Below the pieces are notes generated by a model. It was not told where the DNA came from and searched no databases. It worked only from the letters and a program-made list of their open reading frames with translations. Shown here in pieces: positions 11,011 through 22,474 of a DNA stretch of 64,000 bases. The stretch lies in contig OZ251240.1 of the NCBI GenBank assembly GCA_965240325.2, positions 1,302,001-1,366,000 on the forward strand, read 5' to 3'. The position numbers were made by a program, and so were the translations under genes. This DNA is from Rebecca billardiae RCC1528. Taxonomy: Eukaryota; Protista; Haptophyta. Position 1 is the first letter of the stretch. Each line of letters begins with the position of its first letter.

Positions 11011-14000
11011 ATGCGAATCGGCGGGCGGCGCGCGCTCGCCGCCGTGCTCGTCGCCACGGCGGCCGGCGTCGGGCACGCGGACGAGGCGACGCACCGGTAC
11101 AAGGACGCCGAGCCGATCAAGCTCTGGGCCAACAAGATCGGCCCGTACAACAACCCGCAGGAGACGTACAACTACTTTGCGCTCCCGTTCTGCTCGGACG
11201 ACGACCTCTCGAACGTCGAGCACAAGTGGGGCGGGCTGGGCGAGGTGCTCGAGGGGAACGACCTGGTGAACAGCGGCCTGGACATGTCCTTCAAAGTCGA
11301 CCGCACCGAACCCGTCACCCTCTGCTCGATCAAGCTCGACGCCGAGTCGGTGCGCCGCCGAGACCCGCGCGCCGCGCGCGCGCGTTGGCGCGCGCCCGAA
11401 GAGGCGCCGCCGCCGCGCCGCGCGGAGAGCGGGCGCGCGCGGCGCGTGCGCGCCGGCCATGGCTCATTTCCTCGCCCTCCCCGCGCGCACGCCGCGCACG
11501 CCGCCGCCTCGTACGCGCCTCACCGCCTCTGTCCACCGCCACTCACTGCGCCGCACTTCTTACCCACGTCCATAGGTGGGTACTTTCATCTACGCGATCC
11601 GTAACCACTACTGGTACCAGTTCTACCTCGACGACCTGCCGATCTGGGGGATGGTGGGCGAGGTGAGCGGCGACGACGACGGCGGGGAGGCGCGCGACGC
11701 CGACCCCGACGCGGACGGCGAGCCGCTGATGTACACACACCGGCGGCTTTCAATCGGGTACAATGGCGACAGGATTATTCAGGTGAACCTCACGTCGGAG
11801 AACCCGACGAACCTGAGTCCGGGCGCGGAGATCACGTTCACGTACACGGTCGAGTGGCAGCCGGTCGACGTGCGCGCGCGCGCGTGGGCGGGGGGCGGGG
11901 GCGCGGGGCGCAAGGGCGGGTGACGCGCCGGGCGCTGAGTCGGGTGGACTGGCCCAGGGGGAAATGGGCCGAGCGGCGCGCGGCGCCGCCGGCCGACACG
12001 CGCCGCGCCGCGCGCGGCCGGCCAGCGGGTCTGGACCCGCCCAAGCCTCACCCCGCGCGGCCGTGGGCCGGCGCGCGCGCCCCCCACCCGCCAGATCGGC
12101 TTCCACAAGCGGTTCGAGCGCTATTTGGATTACGACTTTTTCGAGCACCAGATTCATTGGTTCTCGATCTTTAATTCCTTTATGATGGTCATTTTCCTCG
12201 TGGGGATCGTCACGCTGATCCTGATGCGCACGCTGCGGCGGGACTACGCGCGCTACGCGCGCGACGCGGACGGGGACGACCTGGACTCCGACCTCGACGA
12301 GTCCGGCTGGAAGCAGGTCCACGGTGCGCGCGGCGGGCGCGGTGGCGGAGGCGGGCGCGGCGGGGGCGGAGGCGGGCGCGGCGGAGGCGGAGGCGGGCGC
12401 GGCGGAGGCGGAGGCGGGGCGCACGGGCCGCCGGGGCTCGCGCGGAGGCGGCGGAAGCGGGGCCCGCCGGCGCGCGTGGCAGAGCGCCGGCGGCGGCCGC
12501 CGCCGGCGCGCTCGGCCCAACGCCGACGCCGCGCCGCGCGCGTGCGTGCGCCGCGCGGCATTGGGGCCCCACGCTGCCCGCTGCCGCCGCGCCGCGCCTG
12601 AGCTCTGCCGCGCCGCGCCGCCCGCGCCGGCTCGCGCCGCGCAGGCGACGTGTTCCGCGTGCCGCCGCAGCCGATGCTCTTCGCCACGCTCGTGGGTACC
12701 GGCACGCAGCTCGCTTCGCTTTCGCTTCTCGTCATCCTGACGGCGACACTGCTGACCCTCTACACGGGCCGCGGCGCGGTCGTGACTACTTGCATTACTT
12801 GCTACCTACTCACCTCGCTGATTGGCGGGTACACTTCAGGCTCGCTGTATATGCAGCTCGGCGGTGCGCGCGTGCGTGCGCGCCGCGCGCACGCGCTGTC
12901 CCCGCCACTGCCCCCGCTGCGTGCCTGCGGGCCTGCCTGCCTTGCCTCGCGAGGGCTATCTTGACGCGCCTCCCGCCGCGCCGCGCCGCGCCGCGCCGCG
13001 CCGCGCCGCGCCGCGCCGCACCTCGCGCCTTTGGCCGATGGCGACGCACAGGCCGGCAGTGGACGCGCGTGCTGCTGTACACGTCGTCGCTCTTCCCGGT
13101 CGTGGTGATCCTCACGATGACCCTGCTCAACGGGGTGGCGATCGCGTACCGCTCGATGAGCGCGATCCCCTTCGGTGCGCGCGTCGGCACGAATGCGCGT
13201 GCGTCGGCACGAATGCGCGTGCGTGTCGGCGCGAGTGCGCATGCGTGCGTGCGCGCGCGTGCGCGCGCGCAAGGGGGGGCTGGGTGCGGGGCGCGCTGGG
13301 GCGTGCGCGCGCGCGGTCGGTGCGCGGCGTGCCAGCCCCGCCCCGCCTTCTAGGGCTGGCGACACGACTGGGCGGTGGCCGGGAGGGTTAGGGTTGAGGG
13401 GGCTTAGGGTTGGGTGGCCAGCGCCAGAGGCCCGCCGGTCAGAACGGCCGCGCGCCGCGCGGCCTTCGGGAGTTTCGCGCGGTGCGGCGGCGCGCGATGG
13501 GGCCCGCATCCCCGGGGGACGCTCCGAGCCGAGAGCCGCGGGAGCGCACGCACGCGCGCGCGCGGATGTGCGTGTGAGCGCGCCTGCTGACACACAGCCC
13601 AGCCCGCCTCCGCGGCTCACCGCGCGCCCGCGCCCGCCCGCGCCCGCGCCCGCCCGCGCCCGCGCCCGCCCGCCGCGCCTCCGCCGCGCGCAGGCACCAT
13701 CGTCGTCACCCTGCTGCTGTGGCTATTGGTGTGCATCCCTCTGACGGTGGTGGGCACCATCCTCGGGCGCAACTGGGGCGGCGTGGCCGACTACCCGTGC
13801 CGCGTGAACGCGATCCCGCGGCTCGTTCCGGAGAAGCAGTGGTTTGCCAAGCCGCCAGTCCTGGTGATGCTGGGCGGCGTGCTGCCGTTTGGCTCCATCT
13901 TTATCGAGATGTATTTTATATTCACCTCGTTCTGGAATTACAAGTTCTACTACGTGTACGGCTTCCTGCTGCTGGTCTTCATCATCCTCTCGATCGTGAC

Positions 14001-14786
14001 GGTCTGCGTCACCATCGTGGTCACCTACTTCCTGCTCAACAACGAGGTGCGCACCGGACTGCCGCACCGGACTTTCTCGCGCCAGACTCCGCGCCGGCAG
14101 GCGGCCGGCGCGGCCCGCGCGTGCGTGCCGCCGGCGCGCGCGCCGCGGCTCACACCCGCGCGCACGGGCTCGGTGGTGCGCAGGACTACCGGTGGGCGTG
14201 GACATCGTTCCTCTCGGGCGCGAGCACCGCGCTGTACGTCTTCGTCTACTCGATCTACTACTTCCTGCTCAAGGTGCGGCGCCGGGCCCGTGGGCGTGCG
14301 TGAAAGCTTCCGAGTGTGCACGCGCGCGCGTGGGCGCGTGTGCGTGCACGCGCGCGCGTGTGTGTGCGTGTGTGTGTGTATGCGTGTGCGCGGGGGTGGG
14401 CGTGCGAGCGCGCGGCACGTGGCCGTGGCGGCGGCGCTCGCGCGCGCGTGTGCTCGCCGCGCCGCCTGCGTGGAGCAGCGCCACCGCCGCCGCCATCGAC
14501 GTGTGGGCGTGCAAGCCACTGGCGCGCGCGCGTGCCCGCGCCGCGCGCGCTCGCGTGCCCACGCGCGCCCGCCGCGCGCGCGCGCGCCCGCCCCTCGGCC
14601 GCGTGCGTGCCGGCCGCGTGCCGCCGGCCCGCGCAGACCAAAATGTCCGGCTTCTTCCAGACGGTCTTCTACTTTGGGTACATGTTCCTCTTCTGCTTCG
14701 GGCTGGCGATGATGTGCGGCGCGATTGGCTACCTCGGCTGCTCGCTGTTTGTGAAGCGCATTTACAAGAATATCAAGAGCGACTAA
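11011..14786 (+). CDS. Transmembrane 9 superfamily (nonaspanin/EMP70) protein, TM9SF3-like, 598 aa
   Basis: Exons 11011-11349, 11576-11869, 12095-12323, 12645-12863, 13052-13174, 13694-14046, 14184-14273 and 14637-14786 sum to 1797 nt. [58 protein letters not shown]-terminal IYKNIKSD. Confidence 0.96.
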
Positions 14787-15537
14787 AAAAAGAATAATAC
14801 GCATCCATCGTCAAATATGAGAAAAGAAGGAAGGGCCATCGATCAGGGCGTGTTCGTGCCGAAGACAAGGCGCTGATGGCCTTTCGGGCGGACGATGGTG
14901 GCGGCCGCTGCTGCCGTGGAGAGCGGCGTGAGCCGCTCCGCTGCGGCGCGGGCGGGCGGGCGGCGGGTCCGCGCGTGTGCGCGGTGGGGCGAGGCGCGGC
15001 AGCGTGCGCCTGAACGTCTGTCGGGCCTGTCCTGCAGTCGCGAGCTGTGGCAGCTGCTGTCCAGTGCGGACGATGCAGCGCCGGCGGGTGCGGCGTCAAC
15101 CGACGGCCCGCGCGGTGTGGGCCGGTGCGCCACCGGAAGGCTGGCGCCTCCCTGCGGACCCTTGGACGGACGATCGCGGTCGCCGTTCGCGCAGCCACCG
15201 GACACCGATAGTCCGGCCGTCTGCGCACGGACCTGACGAGTGACGGCGGCGGCGTTGCGGTACAGGCCCGTCGCCCGAGCGGCGGCCCGCCGTGTGACGG
15301 TCCGCCCGCCGGGCACTGGCGCTGATCCCGGCCGGCATTGATCGGATGACGATGATTGATGGTATCCGGCAACCGCTGAACCATTACCAGACCCAGTAAA
15401 CCAGAGTGTGCATCCAAGACCTCTCATTGTCACAAAGCAAAGTCGGGCCACGTGCGGCCGCCATCGTGGGCCGGGTCGCGGTGCTGGCCGCTGGGGGATC
15501 AGACCGTGGCCGCCCGCCTCGTGACGCCCGGGGCACC

Positions 15538-16434
15538 ATGAGCCGGCCGGAGCTGCAGGCGCCCGCGGAGATATTCTATGGCGAGGACGAGGCGAAGAAG
15601 TACCTGCACAACTCGCGCATGATCCAGATCCAGGGCACCATGGCGGAGCGCGCCGTCGAGATGCTCAACCTGCCGGAGGACGCGCCGTGCCTCGTGCTCG
15701 ACATCGGCTGCGGCACCGGGCTGAGCGGCGAGGTGCTCGAGGAGGCCGGGCACAGCTGGATCGGCACGGACATCTCGATGCCGATGCTCCGCGTCGCCGA
15801 CGAGCGCGGCGTCGAGGGCGGCCTCGTCCACGACGACATGGGCGAGGGCCTCAGCTTCCGCGACGGCGTGTTTGACGGCGCGATCTCCGTCTCGGCGATC
15901 CAGTGGCTGTGCCACGCGGAGAAGTCGGAGCACAACCCGCGGAAGCGGCTGCAGCGCTTCTTCGAGTCGCTGTACAGGTGCCTCCGCCGCGGCGGCCGCG
16001 CCGCGCTCCAGTTCTACCCGCAGAACCCCGAGCAGCTCCAGCTCATCACCGCGAGCGCGATGCGCGCCGGCTTTGGCGGCGGGCTGGTCGTGGACTTTCC
16101 ACACTCGACGCGCGCGAAGAAGTACTTCCTCGTGCTGCTGGCGGGGCCGCCGGACGCGGGGTTCGCGATGCCGCGCGGGCTGGGGACCGACGGCGCGATG
16201 GGCGAGGCCGACGACGACGAGCGCGCGGACGACGACGCGCGCGGCACGGTCAACGTCGCCGGCCGCGAGCGCGCGCACGCACGGCGCGCGGGCAAGGGCG
16301 GCGCCAAGCGCGCGCGCACGCCGGTCAAATCGCGCGACTGGGTGATGCGCAAGAAGGAGGCGCAGCGCAAGCAGGGGCGGCACGTGCGAAACGACTCGAA
16401 GTACACCGCGCGCAACCGCGGGCCGCGCTTCTGA
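15538..16434 (+). CDS. BUD23: 18S rRNA m7G methyltransferase BUD23/WBSCR22, intronless
   Basis: MSRPELQAPAEIFY...EAKKY, LDIGCGTGLSG, FDGAISVSAIQWLC, GFGGGLVVDFPHSTRAKKYFLVL, SKYTARNRGPRF. Confidence 0.97.
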   Translation: MSRPELQAPAEIFYGEDEAKKYLHNSRMIQIQGTMAERAVEMLNLPEDAPCLVLDIGCGTGLSGEVLEEAGHSWIGTDISMPMLRVADERGVEGGLVHDDMGEGLSFRDGVFDGAISVSAIQWLCHAEKSEHNPRKRLQRFFESLYRCLRRGGRAALQFYPQNPEQLQLITASAMRAGFGGGLVVDFPHSTRAKKYFLVLLAGPPDAGFAMPRGLGTDGAMGEADDDERADDDARGTVNVAGRERAHARRAGKGGAKRARTPVKSRDWVMRKKEAQRKQGRHVRNDSKYTARNRGPRF

Positions 16435-17003
16435 GGGCGGCAGCGCTGCCGCCGGCCTCTGACGAAGAGTCGACTCGCACCGAGGCCGGCCACAGGGTCC
16501 AGTAACCAGTTGCCGCTGCCGTGCGGCCGAGAGGATGGCAACGCGGTTGTGACGTACCGGTGAGGTACTGCTGCCAGGCGAGTACTGCGCGCGGGTTGTC
16601 ACGCCCTGCTGACGCGAGGACCCGCTACTACTTGAAAAGCATATCCGCGCTATGAACGACTGAACCCGGCGACTACGTTAATATATAACGTGAAATCTAG
16701 CGCGCTGAAATATATCAGGTTCGCGATCCGTTAAAATTCGACTTCGACGTTGAGTCCGGAACGGGCACATTTCGAATCCGGCGCGCCGTCGGAGTCTGAG
16801 CGCCTGAGATCTCACTATCTCGCGAGGTCTGCGCGAAATTCGATTGGCTGGCTCGAAAAAGCTTCGCGGCCGTCACCGATGATCAGCTTCGTTCGGCGTC
16901 GTTCATTATTCGTGGCCTTTGTGGGAGGGTGAGTGGTGGCAGGCCGCCACATAGCCCCGCGTGGTGTGGTGGCGCCGCCGCCTAGCGCGGGCGGTGGGGC
17001 GCC

Positions 17004-17947
17004 ATGCTGTACGCAACCAAGCGCGAGCTGCACGCCGAGCTCGCCAAGGACATCCTCGAGGTGCGCCAGCGCGAGCTCAACTACTACACGACCAACATCA
17101 ACAACATCGGTCAGCAAGCCGCCCTGCTGTCCGGTTTCGCCTTCACGACGCTCGCGAGCCACGAGTCGCGCAGCGTGCTCTCGTGGATCGACGACTACAC
17201 GCAGGAGCCGTTCGTGGTGCTCACGTTCGCGCTCCAGCCGCAGCAGCAGATGCAGGTGCTGCTCGAGCTCTTCTACCTCACCTCCACCATCTCAGGTGCG
17301 CGGCCGGAAAGAGCCGTCGGCCGCAGCCAGCGGCGCTTGCGCTCGCGCCGAAGGCGCGGGAGCAAGCACCGTCCACCGCCCGCCGCCCGCCCGCCTCGCG
17401 CGCGCGCCATCCGCGCGCGCGCGCGCCCGCGCCCGACGCCACGCGCGCGCCCGCGCGCGCACGCCGCGCCGCTCTACCCGCTTTTTACCCGCAGCCATGG
17501 GCTCGACGCTATACACGCTATACATCTGCCTCATCTCCACAATCCTCGGGCCGGGCCTCGCGCTGCGCGGGCCGGAGGGCTCGGTCGACCGCGCGGTGCT
17601 CGGCCTCGCGCGCGTCAACCGAAAGGTGATCCAGTCGTTCGCGTTCGCGCTCAACCTCTTCCAGTTCTCGATCCTCGTGAACGTGCGCCGCGGACGCGCC
17701 CCGCGCCCCACCGCGCCGCCGCTTGGCTCATCGCCCGCGGGCGGCGCGGCGCGCCGCCGGCGCGGGCGCGCGCTGCTCTTGGGTCCGTCCGTCTGCGTGC
17801 GCCACCCGCTGGTGCCTCCGCGCCGCGCTGACCGCCCACCCGCTCCCGCGCGCGGCGCGCCCCTCGCTCGCGCGCGCGCTCCGTCCGGATCCCTTTCGGA
17901 CTCCGGACTTGCGGACCGCCGCCGCGCCGCGGCCCCCGGGCGCGCGC

Positions 17948-17980
<33 letters not shown>

Positions 17981-18816
17981 TCACTGATGGCGCGCACAGA
18001 GCTTTATTAATTTCCACGTCATCGCCGCGGTGGTGTGCATGGTCTTCAACCTGTACTACATGTGGACGATCACCAAGTACGGGAACAGCCTGACGCGCGA
18101 GTTCTTCATCGACCCGACCAACATCGTCACCGGCCGCTTCGAGCCCTCGGGCGAGAAGGACCAAGATGACCTTTTCCCGAGTACGGGCGACCGGCTCAAA
18201 AAGTACAAGAACACGCTCGCGGCGTCGGCGGCGGGCGGCAAGAAGAAGGACCCGGATTACGACCCGGCGAACCACAAGCCGAGCGCGGTGGCGGGCCACA
18301 TGATGTATGACTGGCAGGGCCCGCTGCCCGAGGAGCCCGAGGAGATGGCCAACGATATCCTCACCAAGAACGAAAAGCCCATGACTACTTGGTTCAATTC
18401 GCTGTTCGGCGCTGACGCGGCCAAGCCGGCGCCGCACGCGCGCGAGACGGTCAGGGCGAGGGGCGGGCAGGTCGGGCAGATGAAGGGGCGCAGCGACGCG
18501 TCCGACACGCCGAGCGCCGGCGCGGGCTCGACCGACTCGCAGAGCACCATCAACGCCGGCGCGCACACGCCCAGTGACGACGGCAGCGTCGACGGTGAGC
18601 GCGCGCGCGCGCGCGGCCGCGCGGCCGCGCCGCCCGGCCGCCTGGGCGGGCGCCCGGCCGCTCATCCGCGTGCGCCCGCGCCGCGCGCGTGCGCGTGCAG
18701 GCGGCGACGGCGCCAAGGACGGCAGCAAGAGCGGCGCGAGGCCGAAGCGGCCCCCCGCTGGCCCTCCGCCACCGATCACCGTCAAGATCGGCTCCAAGCA
18801 GATGGCTGAGATCTAG
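17004..18816 (+). CDS. Multi-pass membrane protein, Orai-like TM1 (396 aa)
   Basis: Exons 17004-17295, 17495-17682, 18000-18594 and 18701-18816 (1191 nt, frame preserved). QQAALLSGFAFTTL resembles Orai TM1 (SALLSGFAMVAM); GPGLALRG motif; about four hydrophobic segments. Confidence 0.75.
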
Positions 18817-19312
18817 CCCGGTAGCGGTCACGGTTAACGGTAGGTCTGTACACTCACAGACACAGTGACAGTACAGTGACTGAGTGAGTACGGCTAGCTA
18901 GTAGCTACACTCCTACAGTTTACTATATGTTTTAACTTTCTATAGCTAGTATCGGAATACGACTCGCCTAACTCGGATGCACGGCTTGGTTATTCTAGGC
19001 GTGAGTTGACGCCATCCAACACTGCACAAAGACACCGCCACAAAACAGACCGGCGCGTGACTCTGGTGACTTTGACTTATTAGTGAGTGCCAATAATTGC
19101 GGGCCGCGTCCGCGGGCCAGCCGTTTACACAGTGGAGTGAATGGCACTCCCCGCAGCGGGTAGCAGTACCGTACGCGGTCCCGCGGCGAGTTCGGTAAGT
19201 TACTCCGAGCTTACGCCGCCGACGGTTACGAAATACGAGAGTGTGACTAGGGCTAGGCACGACGGCTCGACAGTCCGCCGTCCGGTTCGGTCAGCACCGA
19301 GTCCGACTCAGT

Positions 19313-19341
19313 TACAGTTTACTAAGAATAAGAGACGCACA
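19313..19341 (+). repeat. Dispersed intergenic motif, copy 1 (TACAGTTT..CTAAGAATAAGAGACGCACA)
   Basis: Near-identical copies at 51656-51691 and 56523-56554. Confidence 0.8.
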
Positions 19342-19659
19342 CCTACTATAATTGAAGCTCACCGGGGCTGACCGAGGCGAGAATTAGGCGTAGGCGTAGC
19401 GGCAGGGCCGGCGCTAAGTCATCGACGCGAAGCACGAGCAAGCTAGCAGCAGACGGCACGCGCGAGCGCCTGCCAAGACTGCGCCGCCGCACGAGATGTC
19501 AGATGAGGCATACTGAGTTATACTGTCTCTGTCAGTGTCAGTATCAGTCACGGAAGCAGCTTCGTCCGGGAACTTCGGTCCGGATCGGCGCGACTCGACG
19601 CCGGTGCGCGCAAGCACAGCGCAACCTCAGCAGAGCGCGCGCCACAACAAGCATCAGGA

Positions 19660-20652
19660 ATGGCGGCGACCGTCCTGATGCTTGGCGGGCTTGCCCTCGC
19701 GTCGCCGGTGCCGCAGCCCAGCGAGCGCGCCATGTGCTACACGCACCGGTACCTCCCGAAGCGCCCCACCTTCATGTCCAACTGGCCCAACGCGAGCGAC
19801 ATCGGCGCGGGCGACTACCAGTTTATTTTCATGCGAGCCGAGTACGTGTATTCGGTGATGGTCGCGTCGAAGCAGCCGGTCTTCGCGCTCTTCTACCAGC
19901 CGCACTGCGCGCTGTCGCGGCTAATCTGGCCCACGGTTGTCGCGATCGCCTACCGCTTCCCGCACGTGCTCTTCATCGCGATCGACGTCGCGAAGGAGTG
20001 GACGATGATCGCGCAAGGCTATACGGGGAGCACGCCGAACATCGTGATCTATACGCCCACGCCCGCGGGCTCGCGCACGCTCTCGCTGCTGCCCTCGCTG
20101 GAGAAGATGATGGGCCCGACGCTGCAGCCCAGGCTGGCCGCCTTCATCGAGACCTGGACCGGCCACCTCGCCGAGCCAGCGCGGCGCACGTCCCTCTCAG
20201 ACGCCGAGTACGAGCGCCGCGCGGGCGAAGTGTTCGCGCGCGCGAGCGGCGGGCTGGGCGGGCTCGTGCGGTCCTTGCGTGCGGCGCTGTCGCGCCGCGC
20301 GCGGCGCCGAGCCGCGCGCGCGCGCGCCTCGCCGACGCATGCCGACGCGCGCGCGGGCGACGACGACCCGACCGCCTGGCTCGACGCCCACTCCGACAAC
20401 GTTCACAGCAGCCTGTGGATGGCGGCTGGCCTGCGCCGGAACAGTTACACGCGCATCCCCGGGCAGGAGCAGCCGGACTGGCTGCTGCTTGGCAGCCTGG
20501 CCGTGACCGCGGGCTGGCTCGTGCAGCTGCTCGTGCATGGGCTGGCCTGGGCGCGCGAGCAGATGCTGCGAGCGCGCGCTGGGAGCGCGCATCAACATGT
20601 GCATGAGCATGATGAGCATCACCCTCGTCGTCGTCAGCATCAATCGTCGTAG
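19660..20652 (+). CDS. Thioredoxin-like secretory-pathway membrane protein (TXNDC15/APR-like), CxxS
   Basis: Signal peptide; VFALFYQPHCALSRLIWPTVVAIAYRFPHVLFIAID thioredoxin-fold segment; STP cis-Pro loop; C-terminal TM (WLLLGSLAVTAGWLVQLLV); His-rich tail. Intronless. Confidence 0.75.
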   Translation: MAATVLMLGGLALASPVPQPSERAMCYTHRYLPKRPTFMSNWPNASDIGAGDYQFIFMRAEYVYSVMVASKQPVFALFYQPHCALSRLIWPTVVAIAYRFPHVLFIAIDVAKEWTMIAQGYTGSTPNIVIYTPTPAGSRTLSLLPSLEKMMGPTLQPRLAAFIETWTGHLAEPARRTSLSDAEYERRAGEVFARASGGLGGLVRSLRAALSRRARRRAARARASPTHADARAGDDDPTAWLDAHSDNVHSSLWMAAGLRRNSYTRIPGQEQPDWLLLGSLAVTAGWLVQLLVHGLAWAREQMLRARAGSAHQHVHEHDEHHPRRRQHQSS

Positions 20653-20745
20653 CAGGCGGCGGCGGATATAGGCCATAGGGCCACGCCCAACGCGTTCGAT
20701 CGTAGCATCAGCAGTAGTAATTATAAAGTCGTAGTACACAATTTA

Positions 20746-21675
20746 CCGGGCCCGGCTGTGTGCGAATCAAGCCTCGACGGGCGTCGGCCAACCCGTCGGC
20801 CACAGGATGCCCACTTTCGCCCGTTCATCGGCCAGTGGCCGACTACGACGAATAAATTAATAAAGGACGATATATATATATATATTCATAATTTATTTTC
20901 ATTTTCGGCGCAATAATATATATATTATTCACCACTCCGAAGGCAGAACGTATGGTAGTACCCCGGCGAGGTCGGCTCAGTGACTCTGTCTGGGCATGAT
21001 CTCGTCGCAGAATAAGCTGCTTGCAGCCGACTACTGCGCTGCGGCAGCCACCGCTCTTCCGCTCGCCGCTGAGAGGCTGCAGCAGTCGCAGCGTCGGCAG
21101 ACGATGCAGCAGCGCTGCTGCCGGCAGTGCAAGCGCGAGCCGTGGCAGAAGTACTGGGGTCGTGGGCGCGGGCGCGGCCGCTGACTCGCCCTCGTCGGAG
21201 TCGGCGCCGGGCTCGCCGCCTGCATCTCGCGTCCTTCACTCTCCGGGCCGGCGCGCAGAATACAATATAGACATAGTCGTCTGTAGCTTATTAATTGATG
21301 ATATCATCAGATTAACCGACACACACTCACACACACACACACCTGCCAAGCTCGGTCGAGACCGCCGCTGATGGGGCTCATCAAGTCCACCAGTTGGGTC
21401 GGCCGAGCCCCGGGGCAGCCCTCTCGGACTACGACCGTGCAGAGTCGGACAGTGCTGCAGCCCGCGCGGCGTGCGCACGCGCGGCCACGCGCCGGCGCCG
21501 TGGCCGTGCCGTCCGGCGCGGCCTCGGCGGTCCGGCCGCCGGACCGGGCCATCGGCCAATACCCATCGGCCAGAGATGGCTGGTCGACCGCTAACCATCG
21601 GCCATGGCCGCCTAGCGGCCAATATCATCGGTCATGGCCGGCCATATAGGCCTTGATTCGCACATAGGGGCCCGG
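20746..21675. mobile_element. Non-autonomous TIR element (MITE-like, TA-flanked), 930 bp
   Basis: Left end TA|CCGGGCCCggctgTGTGCGAATCAAgcct; right end reverse complement TA|CCGGGCCCctaTGTGCGAATCAAggcct. TA on both sides; repeated subterminal TCGGCCA motifs; no transposase ORF. Confidence 0.7.
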
Positions 21676-22474
21676 TAACGGACCGCGAGTCAGTCAGTGA
21701 GCCGGTCCGACTCCGGCCGGGTCAGTGACAGAGTGGGCGACCGAGTGCCGGACCGCGTCCGCTGGGCGCCCGGACGACCGGATCCGACGACGTCGTCTGA
21801 GCATGCAGTCATCGCACTTCATGCACTCTTCGAGTCTCAGTAGTCAGTTGCCATCAGCCCATCACCGTGAGGCAGACAGAGTGACGGTCACGGTCTGACT
21901 CGGACTGTGACCGCGCCGTCAGGCCCGGCGCCCGCCGCCGGGGCCTGGCCGGGCGCCCGCGGCCGCGGCGGCGGCCTGGCGGGCCTGGGGCAGCGGCGCG
22001 GGGCCCTCTGAGTCTGACGGGCGCGGGCTCGGGCGGCCCTCGGGTCAGGTGCTGCCTGCTGGTCGGCCGTCGTCGCGGCGTCCGGCGCCGCAGACCGGCG
22101 CGTCGGGCCCGGTGACTGACTGACACTCAGTCACTGACTGTCAGTGAGTAGTGACACGACGCGGTGGGCCGCGCGGGCCGCACGTCCCCGGGGCCGGGGG
22201 GCCCGCGGGCCTGTCAGCCCCTGCCGGAGTCGGCAAGTGACGGGCCTGGCGGCCCGGACTGCCATGCTGAGTACTCCTGTCAACCTGAGCGGCGTCACGG
22301 ACCGGCTGACTGTCCGCACTGCGGTGTATAGTTGGCCCGGCCCGGCATGCCCCGCCCCGACGCCGCCGGATTACGATTTCATTATACAGTCACATCAGCG
22401 ATGTTGACGACGCCAATTCCCGTACGGCAGGCACCGTTACGGCACCGTGTCCGTTGCGGCGTTGCTTAACCGCG

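Noticed and set aside
16675-16691. Small hairpin acgtta-atata-taacgt upstream of the Orai-like gene
   Set aside because: A 6-bp stem in an AT-rich promoter region is likely chance.
18940-19310. Possible structured ncRNA (actcgccta...taggcgtgagt hairpin)
   Set aside because: No recognisable tRNA, snRNA or SRP motifs; one imperfect stem is insufficient.
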